DNA of 64,000 nt from Felis catus. Lineage: Eukaryota. The translations under genes and the position numbers were made by a program. Below the pieces are notes generated by a model. That model was not told the DNA's origin, ran no database searches, and saw only the letters and a program-made list of their open reading frames with translations. The DNA lies in the NCBI RefSeq assembly GCF_018350175.1, contig NC_058368.1:76758001-76822000 (forward strand), read 5' to 3'. Positions 24,598 through 36,474 of this stretch are shown piece by piece; within the stretch, counting starts at the first letter, position 1, and every line of letters begins with the position of its first letter.

Positions 24598-25599
24598 AAT
24601 AGATCAGGAACTACAATTTGGGTGCAGAATCCTAGATTCTTATGTTTTCTCTCCGTGTCTCATGAGTCGTCTTTTCCGCATCGAATTCAGCAGGCGGTTC
24701 TTCACCCTTCCCCTCTGGCAATTTTCCAATACAATCTTTTCCATTTCACAGAAATAACAACTCCCTGCTCATACACAGACGTCATTGGTTCACCTTCTAG
24801 TTAATTAAGACATGTAGTTACAATAGGAAGTCAAACTTGCATAAACAGGTCTGAGAACAAATAGAACTGACTCTTTGCAGGCTAACAACCCAACTTTTCA
24901 GAAGCCCAGAATGCTAGCAGAGGCCAAGCAGACAAGAACCACTCGATGTTTGGCATATGGTGAGCACGTCATGTGTTTCATGGCACAAATGGAGAGCCAG
25001 CCAGTGGGTGCATTTGAGAGCTTTTATAGTAGCGAAATCTGGGAATCGGACAAGACCATGGGGTTTCGCTCTCCCAGCCCCTCTGTCAGTAGAATTTCTA
25101 GGCTGGGTTTGCAAAGTTCTTTTTAATTCTAAACTCTAATGATTCGTTGTAAATGCCGAACAGTGATTATCTAACATCTGTTGGATTCGGTCCAGCGAGG
25201 GAGCTTATCTGCTCACAAGCCAAGCCTTTTCCTTTTCCAGATAATTCTAATCAGTGTGAAGTGTCTGCTTCTTTTAAGACTTCTTCGGCTTCCTTGCAAC
25301 TTCCATCCATCTTAGCCCTCGGGAATTTTATCCCTCTTCCAAATACATAGCTTAACTGTTATTCATCTTCAAACATGTAGAGGTATTTTTCTTAATCTTT
25401 TGTAGCGCCCCCGTTCTTTCCCTCATTCCTCGTGTGATAAAACCTCCATGCCATTTTCCATCCCGATGGCCTCACTCTGAACACACTTTACTTTACCCAT
25501 GGTCTCAAACCACAGCACCCGGAACTGTCCTTCCACAGAGCTGCGCCAACAAATCCAAAAGCCACCGAGACCATTTCCATCCTTTAAGGAAGGTGTGAG

Positions 25600-26560
25600 T
25601 ATACGGGGACAATTTTCACTTGACCTGAACTGGACTCTGATCTCCCCCACCCCCCTCACCACTACCACCTACCAAAATCTCTTCTAGAGTCAGTTTTCCC
25701 ATTCCAGAAGGAGGTCAACTCCATCCTCCCAGCGGCTCAGGCAAAATCCAAAGACAACAAATCAACCTACCTTGGGGTCGTCCTTGACTCCTCCCTGTCT
25801 CTCACGAGTCCCGTTGGTCAGAAAATCTTGTTGGTCTTGCCTTCAACATACAGCCAGAATCTAATACTTCTCAAAAGCCAGAGGGATCCTTTCAAAACCT
25901 ACGTTGGTTTACATCACTCCTCTCCTCAAACTTGTCCAAAGGCTTACATATCACTAAGAATAGATATCTAAGTCCTTCTACTGCCCACCAGAGCCATCAT
26001 GACCTGTATCCACTGCAATTGGCTACTACTTTGCCTCATCGTCTACTATTCTCCTTCCCTCCCGTCTCCTCCCTCCCCCCTCCCCCGCCTCTCTCACTCC
26101 TCACCCTACACCGGCAGCTTTTTCACTATTATTCCTCAAATAGGCCAGGCATATGTTCATTTCAAAGACGTTGCCAGGGCTCTGCTTCCTGCTAGAACAA
26201 TCTTCCCTGAGATATCTTCACAGCTATGTCCCTGATCTCCTTAACATCATTACTCAAATGGCACTTTCTCCCCGACTTTCCCTGACCGCTCAACTTTAAG
26301 TTGTAACACCCCCCTCTCCTGTTCCCAATCCTTTTTACCCTGCCTTCCTTCCTTATTTCCTTCTGTAAGACTCATCTTGCTCTAATGTGTTGAGGAATTT
26401 ACCTATCCACTTTGTCATTTGTTTATTTTACCCCCTCGCCCAACTAGGATGTAACTCCACAAGGCCACAGGTCTCTGCTCTACTCACAGATATACCCTAA
26501 GCACGTAAAACCACCTAGCACATGGCCTGCCCGGTGGTATTCTTCACCTTAGTTGAGCCG
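25600..26560 (+). mobile_element. L2 LINE relic (fragmented)
   Basis: L2-type phrases gtcgtccttgactcctccctgtctctcac, gccagagggatcctttcaaaac and actaggatgtaactccacaaggc. Confidence 0.6.
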
Positions 26561-26692
26561 AGTGGTTCAACGAGAATCCTGATCTGATTTCTGTCACTTT
26601 TGTATCACCCAGAAGACAGCAACACCAACATCACCACTATGAGGAAATACGGACACAGCAAAGAACCTAGATGACCTTGGGCATGGCAATGC

Positions 26693-26910
26693 CTTTTTTT
26701 TTTTAACGTTCATTTATTTATTTTGAGAGAGAGAGAGAAAGAGCTCCAGCAGGGAGGGGCAGAGAGAGAGAGGGAGAGAGAGAATCCCAAGTAGGCTCGA
26801 CGCTCAGCACCGAGCCAGACTCAGGGCTCAATCCCATGAGCTGTGAGATCATGACCTGAGCCGAAATCAAGAGTCGGATGCTTACCCGCCTGAGCCACCC
26901 ATGTGCCCCT
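26693..26910 (-). mobile_element. Can-SINE inserted in L1
   Basis: Reverse-complement SINEC. Confidence 0.9.
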
Positions 26911-27158
26911 GCAAGGACTTGTTAGATTACAACACCAAAGTTATCATCTACGAAAGAAATATTTGATGAGCTGGACTTCATTAAAATTAAAACCTCTGCT
27001 CTGTGAGATTCAATGTCAAGAGAATGAAAAGATAAGCTACAGACTGGGAGAAAATGTTTGCAAAAGGCACACAAAGGACTATTGTCCAACATATACAAAA
27101 CACTTTTACATCTCAACAATAAGGAGACAAACAACCTGGTTTAAAAATGGGCCAAAGG

Positions 27159-27395
27159 GGGGCGCCTGGGTGGTGCAGTCGGTTAAGCGTCCGACTTCAG
27201 CCAGGTCACGATCTCGCGGTCCATGAGTTCGAGCCCCGCGTCGGGCTCTGAGCTGATGGCTCGGAGCCTGGAGCCTGTTTCCGATTCTGTGTCTCCCTCT
27301 CTCTCTGCCCTCCCCTGTTCATGCTCTGTCTCTCTCTGTCCCAAAAATAAATAAACGTTGAAAAAAAAAATTAAAAAAAAATAAAAAATTAAAAA
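27159..27395 (+). mobile_element. Young felid SINEC_Fc inserted in L1
   Basis: Near consensus with TSD aaaaatgggccaaag. Confidence 0.95.
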
Positions 27396-28331
27396 AAAAA
27401 TGGGCCAAAGACCTTGACAGATACGTCACCCAAGAAGATATACAGGTGACAAATAAGTCTATGAAAAGCTGCTTCACTTCTTACATCCTAGGGAAACGCA
27501 AATGAAAACAATGAGATCCCACGACACGCACATCAGAAATCCGAAATATTGACAGCACCACTGGTTGGGGACGAGTGGAACTGTCATTCCCAGTGGGAGT
27601 GCAACATTCCCGGTCAGTTTCAAACCAACCATCCTCTTACCAAAGATCCAGCAGTAGCTCTCCTAAGTATTTACCCAAAGGTATGGAAAATGTACGTCCA
27701 CGTGAAAACCTGCACACGGACGTTTATAGCCGCTTTATTCATTGTCACCAAAACTTGGCAACAAGCAAGATGTCCTTTAGGAGGTGAATGGGGAAATGAA
27801 CGGCGGCACGTCCAGACAATGGAATATTATTCAGCACTAAAAAGAAACTATTCAAGCCATGAAAAAGCAAAGGAATCCTAAATGCATGTTACTAAGTGAA
27901 AGTCGATCCGAAAAAGGTTACATACTGTATGATTCCAACTTGGTGGCATTCTGGAAAAGGCAGACCTATGGAGACAGTAAAAACATCAGTAGCTGCCGGG
28001 AGTTGTTGGGGGTTGGGGGATGAATAGGGGATTTTTAGGGCAGTGAAAATACTCTGTGTGATACCATAATAATGGTTAAATGTAATTATACATTTGTCCA
28101 AACCCGTAGAACATATAACACTGAGAGTGAATGCTAGAGTAAACTATGGACCCTGGGTGATAATTATGTATCTGTGTGGGTTCATGCATCCTAACAATTA
28201 TACAACTCCAGTGGGGGACACTGATGATGAGGAAATGTGTGGGTCCGAGGGATATATGGGAAATCCCTGTAGGTCCTCCTCAATTTTGATATGGATGTAA
28301 AATGTATTTTCTCTAAAGAAATAAAGTCTTA

Positions 28332-28550
28332 GGGCACACAGGTGGCTCAGTCAGTTAAGCGTTCGACTTCCGCTCAGGTCATGATCTCGTGGTTTGTGAG
28401 TTCAAGACCTGCATCGGGCTCTGTGCTGACAGCTCAGAGCCTGGAGCCTGCTTTGGATTCTGTGTGTGTGTGTGTGTCTGTCTCTCTCTGCCCCTCTCCT
28501 GCTCGTGCTCTCTCTCTCAAAAACAAATAAACATTAAAAGAGTTTTTAAA
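28332..28550 (+). mobile_element. Can-SINE at the L1 3' end
   Basis: Imperfect TSD aataaagtctta/aataatagtctta. Confidence 0.9.
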
Positions 28551-28564
28551 AAATAATAGTCTTA

Positions 28565-28600
28565 GGAAGAAAGAAAGAAGAAAGGAGAAAGAAAGAAGGA

Positions 28601-28640
<40 letters not shown>

Positions 28641-28787
28641 AGAAAAAGGAAAAGGAGAAAGAAAGAAAGAAAGAAGAAAAAGGAAAAGGAGAAAGAAAGA
28701 AAAGAAAGAAAGAAAGAAAGAAAGAAAGAAAAGAAAAAGGAGAAAGAAAGAAAGAAAGAAAGAAGAAAAAGGAAAAGGAGAAAGAAA

Positions 28788-28835
<48 letters not shown>

Positions 28836-28863
28836 AGAAAAAGGAAAAGGAGAAAGAAAGAAA

Positions 28864-28895
<32 letters not shown>

Positions 28896-28957
28896 AAAGA
28901 AAAAGGAGAAAGAAAGAAAGAAAGAAAGAAAGAAGAAAAAGGAAAAGGAGAAAGAAA

Positions 28958-28993
<36 letters not shown>

Positions 28994-29014
28994 GAAAGAA
29001 GAAAAAGGAAAAGG

Positions 29015-29057
<43 letters not shown>

Positions 29058-29066
29058 AAAAAAGAA

Positions 29067-29098
<32 letters not shown>

Positions 29099-29122
29099 GG
29101 AGGAAGAAAGACAAGACAGAAG
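28565..29122. repeat. Compound (GAAA)n polypurine microsatellite, ~550 bp
   Basis: Direct reading. Almost exclusively A/G on the + strand. Confidence 0.97.
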
Positions 29123-29865
29123 AGATCACCTATTTTAGGTACCTCTCTCCAAAAAGCGCAAACCCAGGGTAAACTGACTAAACCTTTTTGTCTCCTCTGC
29201 TTACCTCAGGCTTAGTTCTTTGGAATAAGGTGGTAGGATACAGTACATTCCTGTGATATACAAATATCTTGTTTTTATTATAGAGTTGGCATGAAAATAA
29301 ATTTTGTTTAGGGCTCCGTATTTTCCTGATAGATATATGGCCAGTGGGTAGCTGTTGACTGGTGCTCAGTGCTAGCGACATAAGGAATAATTTACCAGAT
29401 GTGAGGATGTGATGTCTCCACTCCACTGTTTCTCTCTCAGATATCTTTAGTTTCACACCTTCCTCACTGGAACAACTCGAGTTTCTCATGTATTACTCAT
29501 CAACCCAGTAACTCTCTTCAAAGTATGAAGGAATCGGATTAAATTTTCCTCTTGCCTTAGAATATTTTTCTAAAGCCAACAGGAGGATTTCGCTGGAGAC
29601 CAGCCGTAGAGAATCAGGACACAGGCAGGCACAAAATGCAGAATCAAGCATGAAAGTGTGTGTGGTGGTCCCTTTCCGAATCTACAAGTGCCCTCTTATA
29701 AATAAAGGAAAATAACTTGAATGAAGGATCGACAACAACAATAAAAACCATGGCGATTAGCAAACCGCACCCCCGATGTCTGGGAACCATAAATATCCAT
29801 CCTTCCTCGTGTGGAGGAATAAGCCTGACTGTTTGCAACAACTTACTGTTCTCATCATGGGGATA

Positions 29866-29931
29866 TTGGGTTGGGGACTTACGGTAACTTACAGCTTATC
29901 TTGGGTTGGGGACTTACGGTAACTTACAGCT
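29866..29931. repeat. Tandem duplication, 31-bp identical core with 35-bp period
   Basis: ttgggttggggacttacggtaacttacagct at 29866-29896 and 29901-29931. Confidence 0.92.
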
Positions 29932-32900
29932 GCACGTTGTTGGCTGGAAGGCCATATGTTTTATGATTCAACCAGATGTAGGCCATAAAACTGTTCTATC
30001 TGTTTTGTGGTTTGCTTAGTACTAATAAAATAAACTCCAAATACCTAACTTAGTGGCTGTGCTGATATGGTAGCACTTAGGCAAAGGACAGCTTTGCTGT
30101 CTGCTACACTCAAAATGTCCTGAGATCCGAGTATATCTGAGAAGATGTATTCCCGCTCCTAAAGATTTCATAAAGACCCCTTGCAATCTGAATGAATGGT
30201 GCTTTGCAATGACTTGTTTTTCTATTGATTTCCAGGCTGATGGACCGTAACCTTCATTGATAGTTCATTTTGGCTTCCTACAGACTGAAAAGGAAATAGC
30301 TGTAAGTCTGTTCTCTTCCTTGGAGCCTACATTATTGATATTCTTTAATCATTGAACTGGAACATAAAGCTTCTGTTATGTTGCAATTATTATGTGTCCT
30401 TACTAGAACGTAGTTAGGGAAACAAAAATAGACAAGGCAGGGCGACACAGGGCTGTCCCGCTGTTCTCTGCCACACTGAGCACAAAACACACAGCTCAGA
30501 GAAAACTCCCCATTCATGCTGATTTTTTGGCAACAGTTGCACAAAAGGAATCTTTCTAAAGTTCTCACAAGTGAAAATATCATCATTTGCATTTTAACCC
30601 GATGGGGGTTACGCTGAGGAGCTGAGTCAATTTTCACGGAACAATGTATTTTTTTTTTTTTAACTCACTGTTCTCTTTCCCCGGAGACTTTTTGTGGATT
30701 TCACAGCATTTTTAAGAACTGGAAGGATGCAAAAAGATTATGAACTTTCGACGCGGAAAAAGCTGACAAAAGTGAGCCAGATTTTTCAACATCTTTTGAG
30801 ATTTCTTCCACGAGGTTTTATCTGAGTGCCCGCAAACTACGGAAGCAGCGCAGGCAACCTACAGCCACTGAGATTTCTTAAAACACACCCGGTTTAACAT
30901 TCCTAAGATGCTTCTATGCCTTTTTTTTTTTTTTTTGCTTTTGTATTCATTAAAGAAAAACAAGATCTAACGTTCCTGCTTACCAGATATTTACATTTCT
31001 GAGAATAACCGTGGCGAAAGGCGGCATATGTTAATTCAAAGTCTGAATGGATGGGGAGGGTGGGCTAACTGGTTTTGTCATCTATGGTTTCCTCCTGTGA
31101 CAGCAATTACCTGCTGTTTACAGACTCTTTCTGATTTTCTCCCCGTTCCCCGTCCTGAGACCATGTGACCAGCTCTGGCCAATGCCTTGTAAGTGGAAGT
31201 AATGGGTCCCCCTGAACTGAGTTTTGAACTCTTAGTGCCAGACCCTCCAGATGTACCCCCCACCCCCCACCCCGTCTCTCTCTTGCACGGCAGCTAGGGG
31301 CCTACTTCACCTGCCCAGCTTCTGCCCAGGGAGGGGACATAAACCAACCTTTGTTGTTTGAAGGCACTGACATTCTGCGGTTGGTTAATATCAAAGCATA
31401 ACCTGGGCGACTCTGACAGATCTTTAAAAAGAAATATTTGCAATAGTTGAACCACTTCCGCATCTTGCCTTATAAATACGGTTGTCTGCGTTGAAAACAG
31501 TGTCGCTTTCAAAGGGCTTCGTATCCCTGGGTTTCTGGGTAGTGATGAATGGACCGTAGGCAGGAAAGGACAGTGGCCCTGAAGGTACTCTTTTTTTTCT
31601 AAGTCACGGAGTTCAAAATGCCTGGAGGTCCCGGTAGAACAAGAGCCCAGGCTAAGAGTTACCTATCCGCCCCCACCTTTTTTTTTTTTTTTTTTTTACA
31701 AGAGAAATCTGGTTAAAATGAACTTCAAAAGTTGCTTTGAAGAGAAAAAAAAAAGTGTTTTGGGTGGAGGGAACATAATACACAGTTAGAACCAGGTAAG
31801 TAGGCAAAAAGTACCTGGTATTTATGTACTCATTATATGTATATGAATTTCAGAACTTTGATTGTTTTTTTTTTAAGTAGCAGCTGTGACTGTACGTTCC
31901 CCCACCTGGTCACGGAAACAGATCACAGGACCGAGGGGTGACGGCAGTCTGTTCTACCCTAGGGGACTTCAGGAGAAGCAGGTGTGGCCCAAGATGAAAA
32001 AGTACGAGGTTCCTTTGCTCTCTCTGTCACCTCCTGGCCTCACAGCTGTAAATGCCGAGCTTTTTACTGTCTCTGCGTTCTGACCACAGGAACACTCACA
32101 TTTCACTTGCTTGAAATAATGTGGAAGTCATAAGCACAGTGGACTTGATCTTTTGAACTTCCAGAAGACCCTAACTTGAAGCAGGTTATCTTTCATTTTG
32201 AGGACACAATGCAATGTAGAACCTTCTATGCACGAGCTCTGTGCCTTCCATTAGCTACTCGGACAGGTTTTCTTTTTCACCCGTGGCAATGTGAAAAGGC
32301 ATCTCCCTCTCCCCTCTCTCTCTCTCTCTCTCTCTGACAGTATTGTGAACATCTGGTTTGTAGCCTTCTCCACAAAGTTCGTTCTGCAGGACCATTACGT
32401 TGAAACATCTGTCATTTATATCAAGCAGTTGACAAAGTGCTCCGTGTTGCACCGCTGCACAGGGCATCACAGCATTAAAGTATCTTTTTTGGAAACAAAT
32501 GGAAACACAGCTCATTGTCTCTTCTTCCGGGGAGTGGGTCCCCATCACCAAGGTTGTCTGCGTTCTTTACCAAATGAGAATAGGTATTCAATTTATGCTA
32601 GGGACTTCCCATATTCTGTCCCACTGACTACTATATTTAATAACTCTGAATCACTCCCCACTTAAAGACAACGATGTGCTTCTGAGAGCTCCTTGGACGC
32701 TTTTGTTTTGTGAATGTGTTCGGCTCTTTAAAAAGCACTGAAAGTTTTCAGCAGCTTTGAACTCGCTGGCTATTCTCACCAGGCCAGAGAGATAAGTCAT
32801 TGCTTAAAATAAGACCCAGTGTGTGGACACTGCAGCCTTGACCCCCCAGAGACCGGAGCGCCTAGCCCTGTCTTCACATTCTCCAGGAGGGGAGAAGAAC

Positions 32901-33348
32901 CCATAAAACATAAACGAAAAAATGTCATTAGCTGTTTAAGCGTAAAGTGACAACAGAGGAGTATCATTAAGACCCCTGGACCTTTTGAATCCAGCAAGAG
33001 GATAAGATTTGATTTGTAAAGAGACTGGCAGATTGCCCCTCGGTGCCTCTGTGCGGCTGAAAAGCTCAGCCATTACGGAGCAGGTAATACATGATTGATT
33101 ACATATAAAATATCTAGATGGCCTGGTGCCACTCACGAGGCTTGGACGCTGATGTCTTTTTCAAGCAACGGGATACAGCAGCTTTTTTTTCCAACGGACT
33201 AAATGTATTCTTTCTATTCTGTAAGTTTAAGACCATGTCAGGTATAACGCCTATGAAGGATTAGATAATGTGAGAATGTTTATTATGTTTGAAAAACATG
33301 GGGTTTCAGTCAAAGTCTTTAAGCTGATCTTGCTTCTTCCTTTAAAAA

Positions 33349-33557
33349 CATTTTTTTAATGTTTATTTTTAAGAGAGAGAGACAGAGACAGAGCGTGAGT
33401 CGGGGAGGGACAGGGAGAGGAAGACACAGAATCCAGAGCAGGCTCCAGGCTCCGAGCTGGCAGCACAGAGCCCGACGCGGGGCTCGAACCCATGAACCAT
33501 GAGATCATGACTTGAGCCAAAGTTGGATGCTTAATCAACTTAGCCACCCAGGCGCCT
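33349..33557 (-). mobile_element. Can-SINE (SINEC)
   Basis: Imperfect TSD agctgatcttgcttctt/agttgaccttgcttctt. Confidence 0.92.
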
Positions 33558-33645
33558 CAAGTTGACCTTGCTTCTTAAAAACTCTAGTAACCATAAGAAA
33601 CTCTACCATTTCTGCATCAGATTCTTTTTTGTCTGGGTAAGACAC

Positions 33646-33647
<2 letters not shown>

Positions 33648-33693
<46 letters not shown>

Positions 33694-33707
33694 CGCGCGC
33701 GTGTGTG
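33648..33707. repeat. (TG)n(CG)8(TG)3 alternating purine-pyrimidine tract
   Basis: Direct reading. Confidence 0.97.
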
Positions 33708-34339
33708 ATGGTCCTTAAATTACTTATAATGCCAAGTTCCAAAGCATAAAAAAAGGGAGAAACAAAGTAAGAATAAAGCAGGCACACTGTTTTATCTTCC
33801 AGCTCTCTGTATTCCCTCTGTCCCAACCGTGGTGATAAATCCTACCTCGTCCCCTTGTTCTGGGAACTGAATTAGACAATGCAGATAAGGAGACTGGCAG
33901 GCAAGTTGCTCAGGAAAAAAGCAGCTATTCCAACCACTTCCAGTAATTTCAGAATATCTGAATAATTTCTGAATATCACTGGATATCAGAAGTTGTGTTT
34001 CTTTATTGTTTCTTGTCAAAGAATATGCGATCTTGGCCCAGGCTTCCTTTCTCTGGGTGGTTTTGAGATGTGGCTCAAAATGACCTTTGGTTTTCCATTA
34101 TTTGATAGGAACTGTCTTGCTTTTGTTCTTGGCTGGTGGGGTTTTAATGAAATAGAGAATCAAAGCACCTCCCCAGCTAAAGAGGACAAACCAGGCACAT
34201 GAAAAGCCTGCATTTTTCAAAGCCTAGAGCCAGCCTGAACCTATCAGGTATGTGGACGCTGTTCCAATCAAAATGTCCTGTTTTGCCCACTCAGAATTAG
34301 AGTTGAAATACAACCTGGTTAGGTAGACACTTTTTAAAT

Positions 34340-34745
34340 CTTTTTCTTTTTCTTTAAGTTTTATTCATTTCTTTTGAGAAAGAGGAAGAAAACAAGCAAG
34401 GGAGGGGCAGACAGAGAGAAAGTATCCCAAGCAGGCTCCGGGAACCCTGAAACCATGAGATCATGACCTGAGCCTAAATCAAGAGTTGTACGTGGGGCAG
34501 CTGGGTGCCTGAGTCGGTTAAACATCCGACTTCGGCTCAGGTCATGATCTCGAGGTTCACGGGTTCGAGCCCTGCATCGGGCTCTGGGCCGACAGCTCGG
34601 AGCCTGGGGCCTGCTTCAGATTCTGTGTCTCCTCCTCTCTCTGCCCCTCCCCCACTCGCACTCTGTCTCCCTCTCTCAAAAATAAATGCACGTTAAAAAC
34701 AAAAAGAGTTGGACGTTAACGATTGAGTCACCCACCCAGGTGCCC
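34340..34745 (-). mobile_element. Older Can-SINE interrupted by an opposite-strand SINEC (34494-34703, +)
   Basis: Inner TSD aagagttgtacgt/aagagttggacgt. The outer head resumes after 34716. Confidence 0.88.
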
Positions 34746-34866
34746 TAACAAACACACTTTTAAAGCAAACCTCAACGCTGTGATGAGACATGGCAATATT
34801 TTGCATCCTACTTTAAAAAAAACGAACAAACAAAAAAACCCACTAGCTCCGATCCTAAATGGGGGG

Positions 34867-34940
34867 AATATTGTTTAAATATTGTTTAAATATCAATAGT
34901 GTTTAAATATGGTTTAAAATTGTTTAAATATTGTTTAAAT
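34867..34940. repeat. 11-bp AT-rich minisatellite (TGTTTAAATAT-like)
   Basis: About six imperfect copies read directly. Confidence 0.85.
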
Positions 34941-36201
34941 ACCCACCGAGTAGTACAACAGGTTTCTAGAATTCAGAGATTCCACAAAGAGCAATTTATT
35001 ACCAAAGGCGTTAGGATGGCCTTACCACCTCTAATAAGCAAGCGGCTTAATTTTTATCCAATGTATGAAATTATGGTCATATCTGTGATTAGAGAAATAT
35101 AGTTTGGGTGTGTGTAGCATTCATAAGCCCTTCCTTAGCTTTCCTGGAACAGAATGTGTCCATAAACTAACCAGATAAGACACGGATACAAAACCGGAGT
35201 CTGCATTTTAAACTCAACAAGCCTAACTTTCAAACTGTATGCTTCTCCAAGCTAAGGATCAGGACAACATCACAAAATAGACAGCTTTTTTGCATTGACG
35301 CTTGAAATTTTCAAATGAATTCAGCTCTTTTGAGATTTGTGTCCGAGTTGTTTTGGGCAAGATGCCACTTCCTGGAATTGCAGCGAACCTGTTTTTGAGG
35401 CCGTTTGTTGGAAAGCCTCCCAAGGGGTCCAGGACCTCAGGATGCTTTTCAAGGCAAACAAAAGCCTGAAGAGATGAGTGAAAATTAAGCATCGACCTTC
35501 TGCTGGGATTAGCTCCACCTGACCCGAGTGTCCCAGGAACGGCCCTGGCAGGTGTGGCTGCCCGGGTCACCAGCCCGTAACACAAACAAACGAAGGAGAA
35601 CTCAGTATGTTTTCCTTCGGTCGAGAGAAGAAAAGGCACGAGAGAGGAATTCTCGTTTCCCTAATAACTTCAAAATACTCCTGAGTATTTGAGTCAGGCG
35701 GGTTGTTTCTTCACCGCACCTACGTTCATGATGGCAGCTGGAAAACATTTGCCCTACACTCTTCGGGTTTCTATAGAGGCTTGGTGGAAAAGAGCATATT
35801 GTCCAAAGTGCATCGGAAACGAATGCAGAATTATACCCGGTATCCCATCATTACTCTCTGGGCCTGGACTCTGTGTTCATAAATAGTACAAATGTATTGA
35901 CAATCTGAGACAACTGCGCGACTGTAAACAAATAAACGTAGGTACCGGTGGCTTCTATTTAGTTTAATAGATGTACAAACACAGGAAAACTTGCAAACAG
36001 CAAATGAAAGTTACGAAGGGGCTTGCCTAAAGGATAGATAAAACTCTTTCAATTTTCTTTTCTTTCGTATAGTCATTTTTTTTCCCCTGAATTCCCTAAA
36101 TATATTCAGTGGAAGAGGTGGATAGAGGAGCTGATTTAAAACAAGGTCAGAATTAGATTTAATTAAAAAAAACTAAATGCGGAGAGAAACCTCCACGTTG
36201 G

Positions 36202-36205
<4 letters not shown>

Positions 36206-36240
<35 letters not shown>
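36206..36240. repeat. (CA)n microsatellite
   Basis: Direct reading. Confidence 0.97.
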
Positions 36241-36244
<4 letters not shown>

Positions 36245-36266
36245 AAAATAAAAATAACACGAAAGA

Positions 36267-36474
36267 GGGATGCGTGGGTGGCTCAGTCAGTTAAGTGTCT
36301 GACTCTTGATCTCGGCTCGGGTCATGGTTTCTGAGTTCGAGCCCCACATCTGGCTCTGAGCTGGCAGAGTGTAGCCGGCTTGGGATTCTCTCTCTCCCTC
36401 TCTCTCCGCCCCTCCCCTGCTCATGCTCTGTCTCTGTCTCAAAATAAATAAATAAACTTAAAAAAAAAAAAAAA
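36267..36474 (+). mobile_element. Can-SINE (SINEC)
   Basis: Head/body/poly-A. Confidence 0.92.

Larger units (their letters stand above)
26660..28330 (+). mobile_element. L1 (L1M-type) 3' fragment: ORF2 end plus 3' UTR, degenerate
   Basis: ctggacttcattaaaattaaaacctctgctct, agctacagactgggagaaaatgtttgcaaa, acaatggaatattattcagcactaaaaagaaa and final aataaagtctta. Two SINEs interrupt it. Confidence 0.85.

Noticed and set aside
27549..27881. 110-aa ORF resembling the L1 ORF2 C-terminus
   Set aside because: It is a degenerate fragment of a truncated L1 broken by SINEs and frameshifts.
28434..29129. 231-aa Phe/Leu/Ser-rich ORF (-), longest in the track
   Set aside because: It is a translation of the (TTTC)n microsatellite plus a SINE, not a protein.
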